From positions 4,743 through 68,742 of the forward strand of contig JAJDTM010000050.1 in NCBI GenBank assembly GCA_022827185.1: a DNA stretch of 64,000 bases, written 5' to 3'. Source of the stretch: Candidatus Poribacteria bacterium (GTDB lineage: Bacteria > Poribacteria > WGA-4E > WGA-3G). The first letter of the stretch is position 1; the number at the start of each line of letters is the position of its first letter. Made by a program: the position numbers and the translations under genes. Positions 19,662 to 26,738 of the stretch are shown here, in pieces. The notes below the pieces were generated by a model. The model ran no database searches and was not told the DNA's origin. It saw only the letters and a list, made by a program, of their open reading frames with translations.

Positions 19662-19740
19662 AAAAAAAGGCATCTATCAGCGAGTATAAACTCAGCCAGA
19701 TAGACACCTGTGTCTGGTCCCAAACCACCATTGGTTAGGG
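19662..19740 (-). promoter_or_regulatory. Candidate ANTAR-target dual hairpin overlapping an intrinsic terminator (nirA leader attenuator)
   Basis: Minus-strand RNA forms CCCUAACC[AAUGGU]GGUUUGGG, then AGAC[ACAGGU]GUCU. Both hexaloops have A1 and G4. GGUGUCUAUC then pairs with GAUAGAUGCC (10 bp, 2 G-U pairs), followed by U7. Confidence 0.6.
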
Positions 19741-19876
19741 TTGTCATTATTATCTATGTCGCCTGTCCGTAGGGACGAGGTTACCTTGCCCCTACGGAGC
19801 AAAATCAGGAGTTCTAATGTGCACGCCTTGTTCACCCTTGAACGCGTGCGGTCTCAGTAAAAAACGGATATGCCTA

Positions 19877-20479
19877 CTATAATTTATTCGTCAATACCTC
19901 TGCTGCTGACAGTACATCCTGCGAGATTTCGGCAAGCCGTTTTCTGCGGTTCATCGCCATCTTCCGCAAAATTTGATACGCTTGTGCTTCATTGCAGCCG
20001 CGTTGCTGGGCGACAAGTTCCTTTGCGCGTTCAATGATTTTGCGTTCAGCGAGGTTTGTTTTTGTCTTTTCAAGTTCCTGTTGCAATGCTCGGCGTTCAT
20101 AAAATCGGGCGACAGCTGCTTCAATGATTGTTTTAACTCTGGCACCGGTGAGCTTCCCGACGGCATACGCCGACACACCGGCACGCGTCGCCGCCTGAAT
20201 CGTCTCGGGTCGTTCATCACGCGAAAACATGACTGTCGGACACGGGTAGTCCTCGTGAAGTGATGCGACCCAATTGAGTATTGCGTGTCCCGGAAAATCG
20301 ACCCCGATCAGTATGATGTCTGGCTTCACGCGTGAGACTTGATCCGCTAAGCCTTCCTGTAAACGTAGCGGCACAGCGACATTGTATCGATTCGCTTCCA
20401 GGATCCGGACTAATGAGGTCGCACGCTCTGGATTGTTATCGATGATTAAAACTCTTGGCGTTGAGGTGACTGCTCCCAT
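19877..20479 (-). CDS. ANTAR domain response regulator (NasT/AmiR-like antiterminator)
   Basis: N-terminal receiver-like domain (VLIIDNN...DIILIGVDFPG) plus a C-terminal ANTAR helix bundle (LAERKIIERAKELVAQQRGCNEAQAYQILRKMAMNRRKRLAEI). It lies directly upstream of nirA. Confidence 0.88.
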   Translation of the reverse strand: MGAVTSTPRVLIIDNNPERATSLVRILEANRYNVAVPLRLQEGLADQVSRVKPDIILIGVDFPGHAILNWVASLHEDYPCPTVMFSRDERPETIQAATRAGVSAYAVGKLTGARVKTIIEAAVARFYERRALQQELEKTKTNLAERKIIERAKELVAQQRGCNEAQAYQILRKMAMNRRKRLAEISQDVLSAAEVLTNKL

Positions 20480-20517
20480 CTTCCACCCTTTCCAAGTTAA
20501 TTCCGCGTAAATGTGCT

Positions 20518-20608
20518 CAGGACTTACGCATTTTTCTATGATAACCTATGTATTACGCACTGCTGGTGGGGTTTGAAACTCCGCCAGCAAGGGGGATGCA
20601 TAAATCCT
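20518..20608. mobile_element. MITE-like element, family A (terminal inverted repeats AGGACTTACGCA / TGCATAAATCCT)
   Basis: CAGGACTTACGCATTTTTCTATGATAAC... with an internal imperfect hairpin and an inverted terminus. It is collinear with 30177..30267 and non-coding. Confidence 0.65.
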
Positions 20609-20812
20609 ATGTGCTGAAACAACGAGGCATGTTAACCTTACACAACAGCATAAGCAAAAACCTTGCCAAAAGTCCGAATGACTGATTTCCCTAAGGCGCG
20701 CGGGGTTTCTGAAAAACAGAAACCCCGCGAGATACCCGCGAAGTGTAAATTTTTGCCTATTTTTTTAGCAGAATGCCCGCGTCTTTTCCTATTTTTTGGG
20801 CAATATGGAAAA

Positions 20813-20911
20813 TAGTTACCAGTTTCCAGTTACGAGTTACCAGTTAAGAGGGTAACGGGTCTATCAAGTCTTTCTCTTACTGGAAACTGACAACTGTTAA
20901 CTGGCAACTTG
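20813..20911. repeat. Two inverted heptamer-type (STRR-like) repeat arms around a central spacer
   Basis: The left arm tagttaccagtttccagttacgagttaccagttaagag faces the right arm ctcttactggaaactgacaactgttaactggcaact. Confidence 0.6.
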
Positions 20912-20950
20912 AAAAGAAGATTGGAAGCGGTATTACGATGACAATGCCGT

Positions 20951-21619
20951 TCACGCGTTCACACGTCGTATGGTATAGATAGAAACTCGGTTCATCCTTC
21001 CGTCTAACTTAACAGGACGAATGGACTTCTGATAGGTAAAGCCGTTGTCGTTGAGCAGTTTGAAAAACCCGGTGGCGTTCTTTCGATTTGGTTCGGAAAA
21101 GAGGGCGATACCGTTGGAGCCGAGATAGCCCTGAAGGAGTGTCACAATCGGTTCCCAATGGTGTGCTTCATAGATGACATCGGCGGCGAGGATATAGCGG
21201 AATTTGCTGTTGAAGCAGGGCATATTCCAATCCATCTGGACGAAATCGGCTCTCTCTTTAACACCGTTCTGATCCGCGTTGTGATGTGCAAAGCGGAGGG
21301 CATCCTGTTCCACGTCCGTGAAAACCACCTTCGCGTCCATCTGGCATGCGACAATTCCCGTCAGCCCGAACCCGCATCCGATTTCTAAGATGTGCGCATC
21401 CTTTAGGTCTGTTCCGATGCTCTCTACGTGATGCGCGAGACCGATAGCAGCTTCCCAGAGGTAGGTCCAGTACGGGAGATAGAGCCTGCCTTCGCTGTCC
21501 TTACGGCTGAGTTGATCGAGAAACCAGTCTGGCTCTTTTACAATTGTGAGTTGAACCCGACCCGTTTTCAACTTGATGATGGTACTCGTTAGTGGATAGT
21601 CTCGCAATTCGGTTTTCAT
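20951..21619 (-). CDS. Class I SAM-dependent methyltransferase (Methyltransf_16 / protein-lysine MTase-like)
   Basis: Motif I ILEIGCGFGLTGIVA, an acidic post-I residue (VVFTDVE) and the typical length. Confidence 0.8.
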   Translation of the reverse strand: MKTELRDYPLTSTIIKLKTGRVQLTIVKEPDWFLDQLSRKDSEGRLYLPYWTYLWEAAIGLAHHVESIGTDLKDAHILEIGCGFGLTGIVACQMDAKVVFTDVEQDALRFAHHNADQNGVKERADFVQMDWNMPCFNSKFRYILAADVIYEAHHWEPIVTLLQGYLGSNGIALFSEPNRKNATGFFKLLNDNGFTYQKSIRPVKLDGRMNRVSIYTIRRVNA

Positions 21620-21655
21620 TTCTTTGGTAATGCAAAATACGCTATCGGATGTATG

Positions 21656-21682
21656 GTAGGGGTTGCGTTACCCAACCCCTAC
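21656..21682 (-). promoter_or_regulatory. Intercistronic perfect hairpin overlapping the stop codon of the PurM-like gene
   Basis: GTAGGGGTTG / CAACCCCTAC form a 10-bp perfect stem with a 7-nt loop. There is no U-tract, so it may be an mRNA-stability or processing element rather than a terminator. Confidence 0.4.
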
Positions 21683-22698
21683 AAAAGTTTAGCGATTTCA
21701 TCCGTCTCAAAAACGGGTAATGGTTGCTGTGTACCAGTGGCATCTTCCAGCCACAGCCCGTCCTCAGACGGTAAGAACTCCCCGATGATATCCGCACTGA
21801 TACCTGCTTCGCCGAGGGCTTGGCAGATCGTTACGCCTTTTTCGGGTTCCGACGCAATCAACATGGCACCAGATGAAATGACACCGAGCGGATTAAGCCC
21901 AAACATATCACACAAGGTCCGTGTTATGTTGCTATACAATATTGGTGAACCGAGAAGTTTATCGGAATAAATAACCACACCTAACTCGGCTGCGGTTGCC
22001 AACTCGGACGCAGCCGTTGTGACACCGCCCTCTGTGACATCGTGCATAGCGTGTACGCCACCCGTAGCGATGGCGATTTGGGCATCCTTCAGCACAGAAA
22101 TTCCCGGATCCATGAGATAGTTCTTCGCCTGCTCCAAGAATGGGGCATCGTACTTTTCACGCAACTGTTCTTCACACTCACGAGCGATGATTGCAGTCGC
22201 TTCGATGCCGAGTCCTTTTGTGAGAATCAATACATCCCCTACACGCGCATCCGCTGAAGTGAACAAGGCATCTTTATGGGTAGTCCCCATCATTTGTCCT
22301 ATCACAACGGGTTGTGTTACGGCTGATGTAACTTCCGTATGTCCTCCACACAGTGCTATGTCAAACGCTGCACACGCCTGCGTGATTTGTTCCATGATGT
22401 CACGAACCATTGTAGGGGTTGTTGCGTCTTCGGGTAATAATAAGGTTACCAGTAACCATTTCGGTACAGCCCCCATTGCTGCGATGTCATTGCTATTGAC
22501 GCATACCACGTACCATCCAATATCTTCGGTTGCAAAAGTAATTGGATCGCTGGTTGCGACGAGATAGTTGTCGCCTAACGCGATGACTGCGGCATCTTCA
22601 CCGAGTTGTGGACCAACAATTACGCCTGCGTTTCTATCGCTTGTGGGCAGCAGTTCTTTTAAGAAATCGTGTTTCAGTTTCCCAACAGGCAGATTCAT
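21679..22698 (-). CDS. AIR synthase-related (PurM/HypE/ThiL superfamily) ATP-dependent enzyme
   Basis: N-terminal GEDAAVI...ATSDP and CGGHTE motifs with PurM-like N and C domains. It starts 11 nt downstream of the membrane-protein gene. Confidence 0.8.
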   Translation of the reverse strand: MNLPVGKLKHDFLKELLPTSDRNAGVIVGPQLGEDAAVIALGDNYLVATSDPITFATEDIGWYVVCVNSNDIAAMGAVPKWLLVTLLLPEDATTPTMVRDIMEQITQACAAFDIALCGGHTEVTSAVTQPVVIGQMMGTTHKDALFTSADARVGDVLILTKGLGIEATAIIARECEEQLREKYDAPFLEQAKNYLMDPGISVLKDAQIAIATGGVHAMHDVTEGGVTTAASELATAAELGVVIYSDKLLGSPILYSNITRTLCDMFGLNPLGVISSGAMLIASEPEKGVTICQALGEAGISADIIGEFLPSEDGLWLEDATGTQQPLPVFETDEIAKLL

Positions 22699-22709
22699 GT
22701 TTCTCGCTT

Positions 22710-24638
22710 TCAGATAAAAATTTTATAGGTCCGCAAGCCGGATACTGGTCCGATGATTGCCCAGATGCTGCCGATGACGTAATCGCCTAAGATTAATCCT
22801 AAAAAGAGGGGGGCAACTTTGCGATGTAGCCGTAAGCCACCGTGCCGTAGAATCATTAACTTCAGAAACCATGCCACGAAGAAAGCGAACCAGAAATAAT
22901 CCATCGCAAAACTGATTGCGAGCGCGTAACCCGCTGGGTGGAAGGGCCACCACAGGAAATGCATCCGCATATACATCATCGCGAATGTCAACAATGCTCC
23001 GATCCCCATAAAACCCATACCGATTACGTTTGGTTCCGTCGGGTTATGGAGCCACCGCTGCAGCCGACCGAACGATTCTCTGCCGACCCATCCTTTGAAA
23101 CCTCCTGCTTTCGCAACCGCGCCGTTTCGGAAAGTGACATCCAGATTCGCCCAAAAGGTCGCCACGATGCCGATGACAATCGCGATCAGCATCGCCACCC
23201 ACAAACGTCGGTTGCCCATCCCTGTCGATTCTGCGAGTTTGAACGCCTCAATCTGATTCGGCATCGGGTGATTCCGGTAGCCGCGGTTGAACCAGTAGAA
23301 CAGCGACATAATCGTGAGGCTGCTTGTGTCGAACCGCCGCGTGCCACCGACTGTTGCGAGCATGTCGTGCGGGTTGACATAATAAATTTCGTGCGGCGTG
23401 CCGAGTTCTGCTCGGACGCGGGTGATGGCGAAAGAGAGCAGGAAATAGATTCCAAAGAAGATCCCAGCAACCCATAACGTCATCCCCGCAATAGAGGAAA
23501 AGATCCCCAGTGCCACAAGCGATCCGAGAATCCCCAAGAAGGCAGCACGATACGGCATCGGTTCGTTTGAATCATCAATATTAGATTTAAACCCAAACAC
23601 CTTTTTGAACACTTCGCTTAGGTGCCGCCGTGTGACCCAGACAGCCAGCAGGAAGAGTGCTATCCATGCCCCGTATGCCTGCTCGTTCAAAGCAGGGAAA
23701 TAACGGGTACCGAGTGCCGCAGCGATGACGAATTCCGCTAAACGTACCACAAAGAAGAACCAGCACGAAAAGGAGAGATCCAACGGCAAGAAAAACGCTA
23801 ACCCGACAGCAAACGGATAGACAGAGATACGCGTCCCACGAATGGCACTCCATGGTCGATCAGTGAAAATATTTCGGAACACGGCTGTCCGTTTAATATA
23901 AGGAATCTCAGGGAACTGCGGGAAAAGGTAGTGAATGCCGTTGATTACACCGATAACCACGGCGATACTGAACCCGACCCACATCATCCGATTTTTCAGA
24001 AGCGGTATCCCGCCATCTTCTGACAATCCGAGCGGGAGTTGAATAATCGGATACGCGAGTTTCTCTTGTTCTGCCCACCGTCTTCGGACGAGCGTATTGA
24101 TGCAGAGCATCATGAACATCATAATGAGGAAAAAGAGACCCCAGAACATCAGCGGTTTTAGCCAAACCGAAAAGTTATGCCGCGTATAGAAGGTCGCTTC
24201 CCCTTCGTAAAAGCCTTGTAAACTTTGCGCATCGGAGACAGTGAGCCATGCTGGCAGATACCGAAAAAAGAGTGCCTGCCATTCATTCTCCTCCGTCGCA
24301 AATCGGAACGGATGCGCGATACTGCCGAACATATTCTGCATCGTGTCGTGTCCGGCAAACGTACAGGAGATCGCCACCATAATGTAGATTGTGAGCAACT
24401 CCCCTTGCTGTAGCATCCGTCGCGGCGAAAGGCGTTTCAGCACGCAGTTAACGACGACACAGACAAACATGATAAAAACCGGCTGGATAAAAAGCGGTAG
24501 GCACGAACCGTCAAGGGAGTAGTACTTCACCTCAACAATTGTCATCCAATAGACATTAATCGGGATAAATAAAACGCCTAAGAGAAGCGACCTTGCTGTA
24601 ACGCGGGCTGATGGGATTAAAGTTTTTTGTCCATGCAT
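22710..24638 (-). CDS. Polytopic integral membrane protein of unknown function (642 aa), paralog of 355..2283
   Basis: Its length is identical to the first copy and it has collinear motifs: AYPIIQLPLGL, PLDLSFSCWFFF, ITRVRAELGTP, LWWPFHPAGY, FLGLILGDY. Confidence 0.85.
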   Translation of the reverse strand: MHGQKTLIPSARVTARSLLLGVLFIPINVYWMTIVEVKYYSLDGSCLPLFIQPVFIMFVCVVVNCVLKRLSPRRMLQQGELLTIYIMVAISCTFAGHDTMQNMFGSIAHPFRFATEENEWQALFFRYLPAWLTVSDAQSLQGFYEGEATFYTRHNFSVWLKPLMFWGLFFLIMMFMMLCINTLVRRRWAEQEKLAYPIIQLPLGLSEDGGIPLLKNRMMWVGFSIAVVIGVINGIHYLFPQFPEIPYIKRTAVFRNIFTDRPWSAIRGTRISVYPFAVGLAFFLPLDLSFSCWFFFVVRLAEFVIAAALGTRYFPALNEQAYGAWIALFLLAVWVTRRHLSEVFKKVFGFKSNIDDSNEPMPYRAAFLGILGSLVALGIFSSIAGMTLWVAGIFFGIYFLLSFAITRVRAELGTPHEIYYVNPHDMLATVGGTRRFDTSSLTIMSLFYWFNRGYRNHPMPNQIEAFKLAESTGMGNRRLWVAMLIAIVIGIVATFWANLDVTFRNGAVAKAGGFKGWVGRESFGRLQRWLHNPTEPNVIGMGFMGIGALLTFAMMYMRMHFLWWPFHPAGYALAISFAMDYFWFAFFVAWFLKLMILRHGGLRLHRKVAPLFLGLILGDYVIGSIWAIIGPVSGLRTYKIFI

Positions 24639-24641
24639 TGT

Positions 24642-24693
24642 TAATAGTTGTCAGTTATCAGTTATCAGTTTACTTCGCAGTGAGAGTTAAGAG
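24642..24693. repeat. Heptamer-type (STRR-like) repeat in the 5' UTR of the membrane-protein gene
   Basis: taatagttgtcagttatcagttatcagtttacttcgcagtgagagttaagag. Its reverse complement is collinear with 10345..10380. Confidence 0.7.
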
Positions 24694-24783
24694 GTTTTCT
24701 GGGATTTCATATTTCTTGGTAAACGTTGGTGTATCAATTGGGTAACGACGGTTACAGAGAGATGATCAAACATCAGAAACCGG

Positions 24784-24820
24784 ACTTATAACTTATAACT
24801 TATAACTTATAACTAATAAC
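24784..24820. repeat. Tandem heptamer repeat (ACTTATA)x4 plus one degenerate unit
   Basis: acttata acttata acttata acttata actaata ac. The 3' end overlaps the stop codon of the metF-like gene. Confidence 0.9.
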
Positions 24821-26684
24821 GGTAGGTTTTAACAATCTCCGAAATGACACTGGCTCTGTTTTTCCAATTCATCCGAGCAGGTGGAATCAGATAGATACCG
24901 TCAATCTTGCATTCATTCTGGTTGCGGATGTCCCGAACCAAGTTTAAAGTTAACCGCATACCGAGTTCGTGTCCGGCAGCATCGCCAAGGTCTCGGAATT
25001 TGTCAACGATGAATTGAGGGATGTAAAGCCCCAGATTGTCGCGGAGGTAAGACGCGCTGCGGAAGCTTGTCAATGGCAATATACCGTAGAGAATCTTTAT
25101 ACCGAGATGTTCTGTTGCTTGCTGGGTGCGGACGATATCCTCGTAAGTCCAGACCGGTTGTGTATAGGCAAAATTCGCGCCTTGTGCCACCTTATTTGTG
25201 AGATGCTTGACGTGGGGCTGTAGGTTTTCAGCAATCGTGAATCCACCGCCGTAGTAGAACCCGCACGGTTCGCCAATAGACGAGCCGTCGGCGAGTTCGC
25301 CGTGATTTAACCGAGCGATGAGTTTCATCAGTTGGACCGCACCGCGCACATCGGGGACGAGGCTTGCCGTTTCATAAGGGCCGGCTTTCGGATGATCGCC
25401 GGACAAGGCGACAATACCACGGATCCCCAACGCCTCCGCTTCCAGCAGATGCGATTGCATACTGATGAGGTTCCGTGATCGGGTTGTCCAATGGATAAGC
25501 GTTGGGATCTGGGTCGCCTGCTGAAGCCGATACGCTGTGCCGACAGCCCCGATGTTGACCGCTGCACCAGAGTTATCGGTTACATCAAATAGATCTGCGC
25601 CTATCGCTGCGAGACCTTTTGCTTCCTTCAACATCGCGCGCAGCTGCGGGAATGTGTTCGCTCGCATCTCTACACTCACGATGCGTTGGCGTGTCTCAAA
25701 TACCTGCTGCACAGGGTTATTCGTCGGTGTTTTGGATGTTGACGTGATTTTGGGAAGTACGAAGATGCGAGACTCCCGTTCCACAGGTTTACGTCCGGCG
25801 ATTGCCTGCCGGATCTTTGCTGTATATGCGGGGGTCGTGCCGCAACAGCCGCCGATCATGTTCGCGCCGAGTTCGACTAATTTTCCCACATAGTCCCTGA
25901 AAACCTCAGCCTCCACCGTGTAGGAGACTGCTACTTCACCCTGTTCGACTCTCGGATTGCCAGCGTTCGGTTGCACCGCGATCGGTACTTTGATGACGGG
26001 GGCAAGAAGTTCCATCGCTTCAACCAGATCGTGGGGCCCTCTGCAATTGATACCGACTGCATGCGCACCGAGTTGCTCAAGTTCTTGGGCAAAAACACGT
26101 ACATCTAATCCGGCACCGACAGTCCCCCCTGAAACACCGCTGATTTCGACAACGACAGGAACGCCATAGGAGAGTGCCTGCTTCGTAGCGATTTCTGCTT
26201 GCTTAGGGGAGACGAATGTTTCGAGTACGAGCAGGTCAACACCTTCATCAACGAGCGCGTCCATTTGCTCCTTGAAAAGCCTGCGGATTGTTTTGGTAGA
26301 CGGGACGGGCGTATCTAAGTCATGGAACGGAATTTGTCCGACAGATCCGGCTACATAGCACGTCTCTGGTACTGCTTCGCGTGCTAATTGTACACCCGTC
26401 CTATTAATCTCTTCAACCTGATCAGCCAAACCGTGGACAGCCAACGCTTCTCTGTTTGCCTGATAGGTATTCGTCTGGATAACATCAGCACCCGCGTCGG
26501 CATAAGCGCGGTGAACCGCCATCACCTTCTCGGCATGCTCTGTAGAAATGTTGCAGGCATCAACGCACTGCAGATATGCCGGTATCCGTTTACGGAGCTC
26601 GGTTCCGATAGCACCGTCACACACCAGAATTCGGTGTGCTAAGGCTTCGATGAAGTTGTCTTGTTTTCTTGAGATAGGAGTCAT
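24813..26684 (-). CDS. Bifunctional homocysteine S-methyltransferase / 5,10-methylenetetrahydrofolate reductase (YitJ-like fusion)
   Basis: N-terminal Hcy-binding domain (ILVCDGAIGTEL ... GGCCGTTP zinc motif) followed by a C-terminal MTHFR-like TIM barrel. Confidence 0.85.
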   Translation of the reverse strand: MTPISRKQDNFIEALAHRILVCDGAIGTELRKRIPAYLQCVDACNISTEHAEKVMAVHRAYADAGADVIQTNTYQANREALAVHGLADQVEEINRTGVQLAREAVPETCYVAGSVGQIPFHDLDTPVPSTKTIRRLFKEQMDALVDEGVDLLVLETFVSPKQAEIATKQALSYGVPVVVEISGVSGGTVGAGLDVRVFAQELEQLGAHAVGINCRGPHDLVEAMELLAPVIKVPIAVQPNAGNPRVEQGEVAVSYTVEAEVFRDYVGKLVELGANMIGGCCGTTPAYTAKIRQAIAGRKPVERESRIFVLPKITSTSKTPTNNPVQQVFETRQRIVSVEMRANTFPQLRAMLKEAKGLAAIGADLFDVTDNSGAAVNIGAVGTAYRLQQATQIPTLIHWTTRSRNLISMQSHLLEAEALGIRGIVALSGDHPKAGPYETASLVPDVRGAVQLMKLIARLNHGELADGSSIGEPCGFYYGGGFTIAENLQPHVKHLTNKVAQGANFAYTQPVWTYEDIVRTQQATEHLGIKILYGILPLTSFRSASYLRDNLGLYIPQFIVDKFRDLGDAAGHELGMRLTLNLVRDIRNQNECKIDGIYLIPPARMNWKNRASVISEIVKTYRY

Positions 26685-26738
26685 ATAAGAGAAAAGCGCG
26701 CTGATAAAGCGCGCCTTCCAATGTTTTGGAGATAGACG

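Noticed and set aside
26686-26716. A GC-rich hairpin (GCGCGC-loop-GCGCGC followed by TTTTCTC on the minus strand) as a terminator between the monooxygenase-like gene and the metF-like gene.
   Set aside because: It ends only about 2 nt before the downstream start codon and leaves no room for a promoter or RBS. The sequence is two copies of a short palindrome, so its function as a terminator is doubtful and it is not listed as a feature.
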